Virus record (IMG/VR): IMGVR_UViG_3300046780_000733
Reading direction: 5' to 3' (one strand)
DNA: 64,000 nucleotides
Source of the DNA: a virus
Numbering within the stretch: position 1 is the stretch's first letter; each line of letters starts with the position of its first letter. A program made the position numbers and the translations under genes. Of this stretch, positions 9,012 through 18,250 are shown one piece after another. Below the pieces are notes generated by a model. The model was not told the DNA's origin. It was given only the letters and a program-made list of their open reading frames with translations, and ran no database searches.

Positions 9012-9061
9012 CAATGGCTCCCAGGTCTGTCACCCTGAGAGCAAAAACGGAACACACTTTC

Positions 9062-9538
9062 ATGATCACGAGTTGGAGCGGAAGCATTCTGGATCGCAAG
9101 TTCGAGGCCCTCGTGAACCCCGTCAACTGCGTCGGGGTCTGCGGAGCTGGGTTGGCGGCTCAGTTCAAGGCCAAGTTCCCGCAGAACTTCGACCTGTACC
9201 GAAAGGAGTGCGAGGCAAAACGGATGATCCCCGGCCGAGTCTTTGTCACCAACGTGCCAGGGATCGGATCTGGTTACCCGGCGTGGATCATCAACTTCCC
9301 GACCAAACGGCACTGGAGAGACAAGTCGCTGCTCAAGGACATCAGCGACGGCCTTGACCACCTGGTCGAGGTGATCGAGATACTGGACCTTCGCGAGATC
9401 GCGATCCCCAGGCTGGGATGCGGGCTCGGTGGGCTTGACTGGCATGGGCAGGTTCGGCCACTCGTGGTAACCAAACTAGAGAAACGCAAGGTAGACATTC
9501 ATCTGTTTGAGCTGACGGGAGGAATCGGTGGGGTTTAG
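9062..9538 (+). CDS. Macrodomain protein, DarG-like ADP-ribosyl hydrolase
   Basis: ALVNPVNCVGVCGAGLAAQFK, WIINFPTKRHWR, IAIPRLGCGLGGLDW. Confidence 0.9.
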   Translation: MITSWSGSILDRKFEALVNPVNCVGVCGAGLAAQFKAKFPQNFDLYRKECEAKRMIPGRVFVTNVPGIGSGYPAWIINFPTKRHWRDKSLLKDISDGLDHLVEVIEILDLREIAIPRLGCGLGGLDWHGQVRPLVVTKLEKRKVDIHLFELTGGIGGV

Positions 9539-9776
9539 CAGGGAAATCAACGTGTCGCTGGCTAGTTCTCGCGACGAGGGCAGTTGCAATGGATGCACGA
9601 GGTTCACGACACCAGACGGTATCGACGAACACATCGTGACTGTGATCAGTTTGAGACACGTGTCAATGCGTGTCTGCGACAATTGCATGGGCATTCTGCT
9701 AAAGAAACTATTCGAGTCCACAGCCAAGAAAAAACCCAAGACAAAAAACGGAGGAACCGGTGCTGCTGAATCTTGA
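9528..9776 (+). CDS. Small Cys-containing hypothetical protein
   Basis: GGAGG SD; CNGC/CDNC. Confidence 0.5.
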   Translation: MGFSREINVSLASSRDEGSCNGCTRFTTPDGIDEHIVTVISLRHVSMRVCDNCMGILLKKLFESTAKKKPKTKNGGTGAAES

Positions 9777-9975
9777 GACGATATGCCCGACATGCAATGG
9801 GATGGGCAGAATCCATCTCCCTGGATCAACAAGCGTCGTGGACTGCGAGAACTGCCACGGCACAGGCGTGGTTCCAAACAATGACGGAAACGCGATCATC
9901 GAGTTCCTGAACCGGCACTGGAGACCGACTATTCGGTCAGAGATCGTTCACCCTGGACCACTGAGGATCACTTGA
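9760..9975 (+). CDS. DnaJ-type CxxCxGxG zinc-finger small protein
   Basis: CPTCNGMG and CENCHGTG. Confidence 0.7.
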   Translation: MLLNLETICPTCNGMGRIHLPGSTSVVDCENCHGTGVVPNNDGNAIIEFLNRHWRPTIRSEIVHPGPLRIT

Positions 9976-10233
9976 TCAAGAATTTCGAGACCTTTCTGAG
10001 GACGAGCGAAGCAAATCTGGTGAACGATCGCCACAGAGCGGCGCTCCGGGTGTGCGAGTTGATATTTGGATCGATAGCGGACGGAGGAACAGCGTACGAC
10101 ACGTGGCCAGAGATCGAACGGCTTGCGTTTTTCGCCGTCGGACGCGATATTGAGTATAAGCGGATCATCAAGGAACGCGAAGAAATGGCCCAGAGACTCG
10201 AATGGCAGTACGGACTGCTAAAAGGAGAACGAA

Positions 10234-10524
10234 ATGCTGTCTTTGATTCTAGCCGTGGCCCTGACCACCCAGACACCCTCGGACAGGATTCGCACCCGGG
10301 TCACCCCGAAGCCTCACCAGACCCAGACACAACGAGAGAAGGAACGCGATGCCAGACTCAGGCAGGGGTTCGGGATGGCGCACCGCGGGAAGATGAGACC
10401 GATCGATCCCCGAAGGAGGCCAATGATAGCGAAAATCAGGCCGACCCGCGAATACTACAAACTGAGACTCTCGCCTTCTGAGGCCGTGTATTTCATGCAA
10501 ACTCACCCGTGGCTCTGGAGATGA
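10234..10524 (+). CDS. Putative secreted basic protein
   Basis: AAGGAG SD; hydrophobic N-terminus; overlaps the 3' part of ORF 9972-10481. Confidence 0.5.
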   Translation: MLSLILAVALTTQTPSDRIRTRVTPKPHQTQTQREKERDARLRQGFGMAHRGKMRPIDPRRRPMIAKIRPTREYYKLRLSPSEAVYFMQTHPWLWR

Positions 10525-10528
10525 ACGA

Positions 10529-10747
10529 ATGCCAATTGCGCATCACCACGCGGTAACCCGAACGGCCAGAGAAGGAGATCAGATAACCAAGTTCTGCTAC
10601 TGCGGAACACAACTGTGCGGTAAGCCAACTGTAAACGATGGATGGGCTTCCCCTGCCTCGTGCACCCTCGTCTTCGGCCACTTTGGACTGTGTCGAAATA
10701 CGTTTCGCGATGCGATGGAGGAAGTTGATGCCAGTGACTCCGATTGA
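10529..10747 (+). CDS. His/Cys metal-binding small protein (paralog A)
   Basis: HHH..CYCGTQLCG..GW..CTLVFGHFGLCRNTF. Confidence 0.65.
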   Translation: MPIAHHHAVTRTAREGDQITKFCYCGTQLCGKPTVNDGWASPASCTLVFGHFGLCRNTFRDAMEEVDASDSD

Positions 10748-10961
10748 TCAGCGTCAAGTTCATACCGTCCATCACCACATGCGCAGCAAGAGTGTGGGGA
10801 ACAACTTGGACGCCGCGTGGCTCTGCGGGTGCGGGGCAGAACTATGCGGCCATGGGGTTTGGAAGGCGGGGTGGTCCGAGGCCTGCTGCAACCTGGTCAG
10901 CGGCCATCCAGGTCCATGTCGAAACACGTTTCAGGAGGGACCACGTGTCCCCGGTTCCTGA
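10728..10961 (+). CDS. His/Cys metal-binding small protein (paralog B)
   Basis: HHH..CGCGAELCG..GW..CNLVSGHPGPCRNTF; GGAGG SD. Confidence 0.65.
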   Translation: MPVTPIDQRQVHTVHHHMRSKSVGNNLDAAWLCGCGAELCGHGVWKAGWSEACCNLVSGHPGPCRNTFQEGPRVPGS

Positions 10962-11118
10962 AACGTCGAGGCTTGGGTCGCCAGCGGTTGACCATGCACT
11001 CCCCGAGTGCCTGAGCCATCGCCTCGGCGTCCGATGGAACGTCTGACGCAGACGCTTGCTCCATCTTGCGGTTGGCTGATTCAAGTAGGTTCGCGAACTC
11101 TGGTGACGAGTAGTACAT
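10897..11118 (-). CDS. Hypothetical protein on the opposite strand
   Basis: GGAGG SD 7 nt before ATG; fills the gap between plus-strand genes. Confidence 0.4.
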   Translation of the reverse strand: MYYSSPEFANLLESANRKMEQASASDVPSDAEAMAQALGECMVNRWRPKPRRFRNRGHVVPPETCFDMDLDGR

Positions 11119-11164
11119 GACTGTGCCTCCACCACGAGTCCGATTAAGGAATCGAGGAGAAACC

Positions 11165-11851
11165 GTGAAAGATCGTCGTGAACGTCCGATTGTGTTCGCG
11201 GCCCACGAAGTGAGAGCCGTCTTGAAGGGGCGTAAGACGCAGGCGCGGCGGATTGTTAGCCCGCAACCTGAGTATGACCCATTTCTGCTTGAACACGCCG
11301 ATCGCCACCGATGGAGCGACGGATTTGATTTCATCAAGTCTTGTCTGTTCGGCCAGCCCGGAGATCGTCTCTGGGTGCGTGAGACATGGGCAAAGGACAT
11401 TCCTGGGTGCGAGTCTCAATCTGGATTGTCGTATCGCGCCGATCATTTCGATCCCAAGGGCGACGGCCCAGCGAATCCCATGAAATGGCATCCTTCCACT
11501 CACATGCCTCGCTGGGCGTCCCGCATTATACTCGAAATCACCGACGTGCGGGTAGAGCGGTTGCAGGACATCGCCGAAGCGGATGCGATCGCGGAAGGAA
11601 TGCACGAATTCAAGGCAGACGGCAAGAGTTTCGGATTCGGCTATGACCCTCGCGGCACACCAGGACCGATGGTGAGCGACACCGCAACAGGAGCGTTCGC
11701 GCTTCTTTGGGAAACCACCAACGGAAAAAAAGACGGCTGCTCATGGGACGATTCACCATGGGTGTGGGTGATCTCGTTTCGCCGCATCGACAAAGGGAAT
11801 CCAGAAAATTCCCAAGATTCTACCTCGGTTGAGCCACAATGTCGGCGATAA
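11165..11851 (+). CDS. Conserved phage ASCH/PUA-like protein
   Basis: ERPIVF..VRAVL.GRKTQ.RR, GQPGDRLWVRETW, PS.HMPRWASRI.LEITDVRVERLQDI..DAIAEG. Confidence 0.85.
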   Translation: MKDRRERPIVFAAHEVRAVLKGRKTQARRIVSPQPEYDPFLLEHADRHRWSDGFDFIKSCLFGQPGDRLWVRETWAKDIPGCESQSGLSYRADHFDPKGDGPANPMKWHPSTHMPRWASRIILEITDVRVERLQDIAEADAIAEGMHEFKADGKSFGFGYDPRGTPGPMVSDTATGAFALLWETTNGKKDGCSWDDSPWVWVISFRRIDKGNPENSQDSTSVEPQCRR

Positions 11852-11907
11852 CACCATTGGGGGCTCGTGTTCAGCAAGGATCAGACCACCATCAGGAAGG
11901 CACAGAC

Positions 11908-12216
11908 ATGAGCGAAGACTTGCCGTCATGCCCGTTCTGCGGCGAAGAGGCGAAGTATCACCCAACCTTCAAGGAAAAATATCAAGTCGAGTGTTCGCGA
12001 TGCAAGATATTCATGTCTCTGAAGCAATGGAAACGCCGCACGCCAGGCCCCGCGACCAATCTGCTTCTAGAGCAATGGCGTAAAACGCGGTCCTTGCATC
12101 GATACGTCGGCATCCCAGATGAAATCGTTCGAGTTTATCCGAAAATCGTAGACGCCGTTCTCGAAGAGTTCGGCCGCACAATCGAGCCATGCGTTCCCCA
12201 GGAGGATATCAAATGA
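11908..12216 (+). CDS. Lar-family (restriction alleviation) zinc-ribbon protein
   Basis: LPSCPFCG..VECSRC..W.RR. Confidence 0.55.
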   Translation: MSEDLPSCPFCGEEAKYHPTFKEKYQVECSRCKIFMSLKQWKRRTPGPATNLLLEQWRKTRSLHRYVGIPDEIVRVYPKIVDAVLEEFGRTIEPCVPQEDIK

Positions 12217-12473
12217 ACTGTCCATCGTGCAATAAGCCGCTCGATCTAGGGCTCACCGGCTACTACCCGTGCAAGTGCAAGCAAAATCCATCGCAGTCAT
12301 CCCATCCCCACACGTCGCACAACGATTACCTGGGGACAGGGACAACGATCGTGTCCAGCCTGGACACACTGGAGATCACGTCGATGGAGACAAACATCGG
12401 GCGTGTTGTCTTTACGAATCCCATGGTGATACCTGCCGGATTCCAAGGTTCGGTAGCGTATCGGAAGTCTTAA
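12213..12473 (+). CDS. Hypothetical protein
   Basis: GGAGG SD, ATGA coupling. Confidence 0.5.
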   Translation: MNCPSCNKPLDLGLTGYYPCKCKQNPSQSSHPHTSHNDYLGTGTTIVSSLDTLEITSMETNIGRVVFTNPMVIPAGFQGSVAYRKS

Positions 12474-12487
12474 CCAAAGGATCATCG

Positions 12488-12778
12488 ATGAACAAGACTC
12501 GACGAGACTTGATCCGTGACGCCGGCATCGTGTCAGTGATCCTTGGCGGACTGGCGACACTGCTTCCGAGGGGAGTGAAGGCGGCTGGCCCTGCCAGTGC
12601 GCCACTGTATGCGATCCAATTCAGAGCCCGCGGCAGCAACGACGAGTGGCGCACTGGAATCGTCATCCATAAGAGCCTGGCAGATGCAGAGAATTGGCTC
12701 TCACCCACGTCATGGATCTTGCTTGAGCCCAGGATCGTCAAGCTCCAAATCGCGGGGGTAGCCAAGGAGTACGCATGA
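12488..12778 (+). CDS. Twin-arginine (Tat) signal small protein, paralog A
   Basis: TRRDLI + hydrophobic stretch + VKA; P.YAIQ.R.R...EW shared with next gene. Confidence 0.65.
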   Translation: MNKTRRDLIRDAGIVSVILGGLATLLPRGVKAAGPASAPLYAIQFRARGSNDEWRTGIVIHKSLADAENWLSPTSWILLEPRIVKLQIAGVAKEYA

Positions 12779-13068
12779 ACATAGGCCGCCGCGAGGTGAT
12801 CCGCGATGCCGCGGTCATCTCGGTTGCACTCGTTGCGGGAGCATCGGGGGCGAAGCTGTCCCCAAAGACAACAACCAAGGAACCGTTCTACGCGATCCAG
12901 TACCGCAACCGGGCCGCTGGAGGCGAGTGGACGTCGTCGCCGAAGATCTACGACAGCCAAAGGAAGGCCGAGATCGGCTACGCCATGGTAACCCAGATGT
13001 TCGAGTTGCACTGCGACGTCCGATTGGTCGAGGTCGAGATCACCAAGATTGTGAAGGAGACACCGTGA
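12775..13068 (+). CDS. Twin-arginine (Tat) signal small protein, paralog B
   Basis: GRREVI + hydrophobic stretch; PFYAIQYRNR...EW. Confidence 0.65.
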   Translation: MNIGRREVIRDAAVISVALVAGASGAKLSPKTTTKEPFYAIQYRNRAAGGEWTSSPKIYDSQRKAEIGYAMVTQMFELHCDVRLVEVEITKIVKETP

Positions 13069-13424
13069 GCGATGATGTAAGCTACGGCACGCCGTCAATC
13101 ACCACCATTGAGTACCGGAGGCTCCGCTCATTCGGCTCCTACGAGAACGAGGCACTCGGGGCGACAGCGGTTGTCGGGGCAGACGGACCGGAAGCGACAC
13201 TTGAGCACCTCAAGGCCTGGGTCAACGAAAAACTGGAGCTGGCCGTAGATAGCCGCGAGGAACGCAGCGAACTTTGGTCTCAGATCCGGGACGCCCGCAG
13301 CGACCTTGGCGAGATCAACGAGAAATTGGACGCCGCCAAGGCGAGGTTCGAGCGAGCCAAGGAGTTCCTGGCCAAGCACGGGGTCCACGCCGACTTTAGT
13401 TATGCCGAAGACATGCCTTTCTGA
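13065..13424 (+). CDS. Coiled-coil protein with acidic EDMPF C-terminus
   Basis: AAGGAG SD; C-terminus resembles SSB tails (DDIPF). Confidence 0.6.
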   Translation: MSDDVSYGTPSITTIEYRRLRSFGSYENEALGATAVVGADGPEATLEHLKAWVNEKLELAVDSREERSELWSQIRDARSDLGEINEKLDAAKARFERAKEFLAKHGVHADFSYAEDMPF

Positions 13425-13432
13425 GGCCACCA

Positions 13433-13675
13433 ATGAGACTAACCTTTGTCCAGAACCAAGCCCGACGAGGATGCAGAGACGAATGGACCGTCTCGGCCCA
13501 CGGCGTCGGCCGCAAAGGAATCGGGAAAACACAGTCGGACGCCGTGGACGCGTTGATCCGAGCCAACCCAGGTGACTTCAACATCACCGAGTGGAAGGTG
13601 GACACCGACCACGAGCCTAAGGACACATTGTGGGTTTCCCGCGAACGCACCCATGATCAAGGCGATGGAATCTAA
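13433..13675 (+). CDS. Hypothetical protein
   Basis: GAGG SD, operon position. Confidence 0.5.
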   Translation: MRLTFVQNQARRGCRDEWTVSAHGVGRKGIGKTQSDAVDALIRANPGDFNITEWKVDTDHEPKDTLWVSRERTHDQGDGI

Positions 13676-13691
13676 ACCGAGGAGGAACGCG

Positions 13692-14027
13692 ATGAATCGA
13701 CGTCGTTTTGTTGGCAGGATTTCCGGTATCGTGGCGGCCGGGGCAATAACCCTGGGAGTCAAGACCTCACCCGCGGTCTACCCTGGGTGCTTCAAGGCGA
13801 TCGGGCAAAACATCGGCCCCGAGCACGCCCCGGCGATAAACGCCGCCGACACATTGATACTCCGCGATTGCAACGTGTCGCTGCCAGAGTGTCTTCGGCT
13901 GACACAGAAGCACGTCGAGATAACAGGATGCAGTTTCACCGCGCCGGTGTCTGGGAAAACGGTTCCCCGGGGCGGCACCATGCTGATCAGAAATTGCACA
14001 CTTGTGGCAAACAGGAGAACGGCATGA
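13692..14027 (+). CDS. Twin-arginine (Tat) signal protein, short beta-helix-like body
   Basis: GGAGG SD; MNRRRFVG; ILRDC/EITGC/LIRNC repeats. Confidence 0.6.
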   Translation: MNRRRFVGRISGIVAAGAITLGVKTSPAVYPGCFKAIGQNIGPEHAPAINAADTLILRDCNVSLPECLRLTQKHVEITGCSFTAPVSGKTVPRGGTMLIRNCTLVANRRTA

Positions 14028-14221
14028 TCGTCGTGCTGGTCGTCAAGGTCGATGTCAAGAACGACCGAATGAGTATCGCCACCCATACCAATGGGATGGC
14101 GATTCACGCCGCCGAGAACACCGTCCACGACGCCATCTGTAAGCACTCGTCCGAGGACGAATTCGAGTTGATCGATGTCAGCGTGGACAAAGCACAGACT
14201 GTCGCGGAGAACATCCTGTGA
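14024..14221 (+). CDS. Hypothetical protein
   Basis: AGGAG SD, ATGA coupling. Confidence 0.5.
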   Translation: MIVVLVVKVDVKNDRMSIATHTNGMAIHAAENTVHDAICKHSSEDEFELIDVSVDKAQTVAENIL

Positions 14222-14228
14222 GGATGCC

Positions 14229-14537
14229 ATGATCATCAAAAGCCAGCAAGAACTTCGGTCTGCCAAAGCCAAACTCGACGACATCTATGCCAGACTAGAC
14301 TCTGGCTCATGGACGTTTGGCAGCCATGCACCTGTCATTCACGAGATAGATGAAGCCATCAAAACCTACGAGTTTATGACGGCACCGAAGCCATGGGAGC
14401 ACAAACAGGTGTTCCTGCCCGAAGACGCAAGCGTGTAGTATACGCTGAACGAGTACGGGGACCAAGGATGGGAGTTGTGCTGGCTCGACCTCGACCACAT
14501 GCTCGCCTACTTCAAACGACCCAAGGTGAATCCATGA
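14229..14537 (+). pseudogene. DUF4177-like gene interrupted by an in-frame TAG (14436-14438)
   Basis: WEHK...SV*YTLNEYGDQGWEL...AYFKRP continues in frame and ends in an ATGA overlap with the next gene. Confidence 0.7.
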
Positions 14538-14860
14538 GTGAGACGATTCTTTCCTGCCCAATGTGCGATTCAGAATCAGTCCTGTCGCACGACGGTGATT
14601 TTGATGAGCCTGATCGCGCAGGGCAGTTCTGGGTCGAATGCACCGGCGACGACTGCATGATTAATGGCTTGCCGAGCAACACGGCGGAAGAAGCAATCCG
14701 ACGGTGGAATCGGCGAGCGGTGCCGGAGACGACGAAGAGGCTGATCAATGCAGCCAGAGAGGCATTGGACGCCTGGACCGAAGACACACGAGAGTGGACT
14801 GAACTCGCAGAATCCATTGACGCGATCAAGCCGTTTTACGACCAAGAGGAGACCAAATGA
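14534..14860 (+). CDS. Lar-family zinc-ribbon protein
   Basis: SCPMC..WVEC...C..EEAIRRWNRR. Confidence 0.7.
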   Translation: MSETILSCPMCDSESVLSHDGDFDEPDRAGQFWVECTGDDCMINGLPSNTAEEAIRRWNRRAVPETTKRLINAAREALDAWTEDTREWTELAESIDAIKPFYDQEETK

Positions 14861-15252
14861 TCCAGGAACTCGTTGACAGATTCATGGCCAACGAAGAGAC
14901 CATGAAAACCAAACTCGCAGCCAATCCTCCCTCTGACTACAGGGAGATCGTCAAGCTCGTCGTGGAAGCCGTCACCGAGTATGACTACGGTCCGAACAAC
15001 CTCGACCCGACTCGCATCCACGCCATCGATGACGGAGAGTACCAGGGCACACTCGTGTTCGTGATCGGCGCCAAAGGCTACCAGCCCTCAGACTACTGGT
15101 ACTGCCGGGTCTGTTACGGATCGTGCTCAGGGTGCGACACCCTGGAAGCAATCCGCGGCCACGGGTGCGAAACACCCACCCCCCAGCAAGCCACCGACTA
15201 CTGGACACTCGCACTCCACGTGGTTCAGTCAATCAAGAAGATGGACTACTGA
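14857..15252 (+). CDS. Conserved phage hypothetical protein
   Basis: DDGEYQGTLVFVI, YGSCSGCDTL; GAGGAG SD. Confidence 0.7.
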   Translation: MIQELVDRFMANEETMKTKLAANPPSDYREIVKLVVEAVTEYDYGPNNLDPTRIHAIDDGEYQGTLVFVIGAKGYQPSDYWYCRVCYGSCSGCDTLEAIRGHGCETPTPQQATDYWTLALHVVQSIKKMDY

Positions 15253-15277
15253 CATCCGATGAAAATTCGTTGCAAGC

Positions 15278-15313
15278 AGCCATCCCCGTACCAGGATGGC
15301 TTTTTTTATTTTT
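15278..15313 (+). terminator. Rho-independent terminator
   Basis: AGCCATCC/GGATGGCT stem followed by a long T run. Confidence 0.85.
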
Positions 15314-15500
15314 CTGGTTTTAGCCTTTTCTGAATTCCACTCCTGAATCCAAAACCGGGGTAGGGGAGGGGGAGGAGGGGCGCCGTACGGGGGTTGACGA
15401 ACCAGGTAGAATCCACCCCATCCCATGGCGCAGCGGATTCCAATACCACCCTTGCAAGTAGACGTTGCTTTCCGTCGCGATCATGCTAACGAGGTGCGAC

Positions 15501-15728
15501 ATGCTCAATGCGTTCGTCAAGTACACCACGGTATACGGGGTGTCACTAACATTGGCAGCGACTCGCATCCTCGGCCATACATCTGTCCCCTTTCAGGCGG
15601 TCGCTCACCTGTGGGTCGGATCACTCTTCGGAGTCTGGCTCGTTAGACGAAATCGCGTCTTCCTCGACGCCGTAATAGCGATGGGCTCCGTAGAACTCGT
15701 CTGCTTCTTCGCGCTGGGACATCAGTGA
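15501..15728 (+). CDS. Small multi-TM membrane protein
   Basis: GAGGT SD; three hydrophobic segments. Confidence 0.5.
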   Translation: MLNAFVKYTTVYGVSLTLAATRILGHTSVPFQAVAHLWVGSLFGVWLVRRNRVFLDAVIAMGSVELVCFFALGHQ

Positions 15729-16029
15729 CCCTAGATCAACCCCATCTAGGCAGTGGCCCGCACCCACCACCCACCAGCGGACCACCCAGCCCCCTCTCCA
15801 CCCAGCCCAACGCAGAGCCACATCACACCGCCTTCCCTGGCAAACCCACGCCACAGCCACACAGGCAGACAGGCAGCACAGCAACTCCTCGTCCACGACG
15901 GTTAGCACAACTACCAGTCGGTGATCCAGGCCAGTGTCAGCAAATACCAGGATAGGATCAGTGGGTGGATCGCGGGGGCAGTATCCCAGGCGTACGTGCT
16001 CATATGTCGGGGAGTGGATGTGGGGGAGG

Positions 16030-16222
16030 GGTAGATGGGTAAGCAGGGCAATTGGCAAGATAGGAATTCCAGGCAAGGCAGAGGATTGGTAGTCTGGGCT
16101 ATCTGAATATGGATAGAAATGCTTGGAAGTCTTGCTAGCCATGGTAACCTGATGATGCTAAGCAAGATAGATAGGCTTGGATGACTTCCAGTCTAGGCAG
16201 GATAGGCATTATAAGTCGAGTT
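16030..16222 (+). repeat. Degenerate ~9-bp periodic tract A (GGNANNNTN)
   Basis: ggcaagata ggaattcca ggcaaggca ... ggcaggata ggcattata. Confidence 0.65.
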
Positions 16223-16335
16223 TAACGTAAACGTACACAAGCCGAACGGTGTGTTGCCGATGCCAGCCTGATTAGATCGTTGTTATTGCTAGGATCTTGC
16301 TGGGCAACCAGGTAGAGCGCACCAGGCAGACGCCT

Positions 16336-16436
16336 AACCTTCCGGAACGAATTCCGGAAGGTTGTATGGCAAGTGCTCCCCCTCCACCGTATGGGGAACC
16401 CACCATACAACCTTCCGGAATTCGTTCCGGAAGGTT
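16336..16436. repeat. Two inverted copies of the 28-bp site AACCTTCCGGAA-N4-TTCCGGAAGGTT
   Basis: 16336-16369 is the exact reverse complement of 16403-16436. Confidence 0.95.
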
Positions 16437-17037
16437 CCCATACTGTTACGCGTTGTAGCAGTAAAGCGCGCTCAATATCGGACAAACTTTATTAATTGTC
16501 AGCCGTGGTGGTGGTGTCAGTGCTGGTGCTGCATCCTAGCGGCCGGTTCGCTGGCCAGTCCACCAGACCAGACAGGCAAGCCTTCACTTGCCTATCATGA
16601 TCCGAGGGCCGGTTCTCGGATCTCTGGCCTGTTCAATGGGCTCTATCGACGTCCTAGGATCGTCTAGGACGAATCGCCATCGGTAGGTCTGATGGATTCT
16701 ACCTTGGTTTGTTCGGATCGTTCCCAGAGCATTCTAGACGTCCAGTCGTTTTTCCCAATCATAGGCGACTTGCCTATGATGGTGTTTTGTCCACTTGTCT
16801 TATTTCACGAGTGTCCAAGATGGTGATACATAAAACTTCGCACTCATAAGAAAACTGCTTCGTTTTGGTTTAGCGGCTTAAAAGACTGGGATTTTGTAAA
16901 AACATGGGCAACTGGAATTCTTAATCTGGATAAGATCCTGAAAAAGAGTGTTGAGAATCGTCCGGCCGATCCGTATAGATATAGTGTGGACACGCGAAAT
17001 CTTGAGACACCAACCGACACCCGAACCGGAGAAATCG

Positions 17038-17232
17038 ATGAGCGCGACCGAAAATTTCACCGTGAAAACCTGCTACGGAACCGGATGGCGAATTCCGCAG
17101 GCCCCAGAATGTCCGAAATGGATGAGTCAGTCTGAAGCCATGCGCTACGCGGAATTGCGCAATCAAGGCATGCCTCATATCCAAGCATGGCATTACACGA
17201 ATTCCGAGCGCAAGCCATGGGGGTTTCGCTAA
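17038..17232 (+). CDS. Small early-type hypothetical protein
   Basis: GGAG SD, A/C-rich leader. Confidence 0.55.
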   Translation: MSATENFTVKTCYGTGWRIPQAPECPKWMSQSEAMRYAELRNQGMPHIQAWHYTNSERKPWGFR

Positions 17233-17300
17233 CCCACCTTGGCCACGGATGGCCTTGCCTGAACTGATGAGACCTAAACCCCAACACAAGGAGAGAATCA

Positions 17301-17687
17301 ATGCAAGCCAACATCAAGCCCGGAACGAAAACTGCGGCAGTTACGCGTGAAGACATCAGAAGTCATTTCGCGTTGAGCGTAGCGAAGCTTGATGACAGGA
17401 CGGAATTGACGCTCAAGCAGAGATACCTTGACGCGGTCCGATTGCTTGACTATTTGACTTCCGCGCCTAAGCCAGTGATCGAAATCACCACCCACTTGGT
17501 GCGCCTTGCAAACCTTACCATGAGTCTAGCCGAGGGTAGGCTCATTGGAATCCGTACTTACCAGCGCGGAGAATGCCAAGTGCTGGTCGTGAGCATGTCA
17601 CGCGAAGATAACAGCGGATCAAGCTGGAATCTACGCGTCATGACAACGACTGGCGACACGTTCCACGTTTACACTAGATCCTATTGA
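17301..17687 (+). CDS. Hypothetical protein
   Basis: AAGGAG SD. Confidence 0.6.
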   Translation: MQANIKPGTKTAAVTREDIRSHFALSVAKLDDRTELTLKQRYLDAVRLLDYLTSAPKPVIEITTHLVRLANLTMSLAEGRLIGIRTYQRGECQVLVVSMSREDNSGSSWNLRVMTTTGDTFHVYTRSY

Positions 17688-17695
17688 GGTCAGCC

Positions 17696-17893
17696 ATGAA
17701 TTACCTTGTTACGCGTCGCACACTTGACCGCGAGACCGCGCGGCCCGTCACCGTGTATCACGCGATGAGATTCAAGAACGGGACGGGCCAAGAAGAATGG
17801 ACGCAAAGCCTTGACCTCGCGCATCGATACACTCGCGAGGAAGCCGATAAGATTCAATCCTGGCACCCAGGATCAACAATCGTCGAATCCTGA
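17696..17893 (+). CDS. Hypothetical protein
   Basis: GAGGT SD. Confidence 0.55.
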   Translation: MNYLVTRRTLDRETARPVTVYHAMRFKNGTGQEEWTQSLDLAHRYTREEADKIQSWHPGSTIVES

Positions 17894-17913
17894 CTACCAC
17901 GAAACGAGGAACC

Positions 17914-18105
17914 ATGCCACCACCAGAACCAAGCATCGATTCCCTTGCATCCATGATCGACGAAATCGAAGCGTCGATTCCCGGATTCTTGGACGCCATC
18001 AAGGAAGAATACTGCGATATCGTCGCCACCATGCCAACCAAGAGGAACAAGGCGATACGTCGCCTCCACGATCGACTTTCGCGCGTGATCTCTTATATGC
18101 AGTGA
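17914..18105 (+). CDS. Hypothetical protein
   Basis: GAGGA SD. Confidence 0.55.
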   Translation: MPPPEPSIDSLASMIDEIEASIPGFLDAIKEEYCDIVATMPTKRNKAIRRLHDRLSRVISYMQ

Positions 18106-18133
18106 CAACCTACCACGAGAACCCGGAGAAACC

Positions 18134-18238
18134 ATGTTGAACCAAGTCAAAGACACCTGCGTAGCAATAGGGTTGGTCCTAGCGCTGGTTACCCTGATCA
18201 GAGTCGTCCCATTGCTGGCCTTGCTAGCATCGTTCTGA
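18134..18238 (+). CDS. 34-aa single-TM peptide (absent from ORF track)
   Basis: GGAG SD with conserved leader; MLNQVKDTCVAIGLVLALVTLIRVVPLLALLASF. Confidence 0.5.
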   Translation: MLNQVKDTCVAIGLVLALVTLIRVVPLLALLASF

Positions 18239-18250
18239 AGGAGCCAAGCT

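Noticed and set aside
17255-17285. Hammerhead ribozyme (CTGATGAG; also CTGACGA at 28241)
   Set aside because: No stem II followed by GAAA, and no stem I/III pairing found
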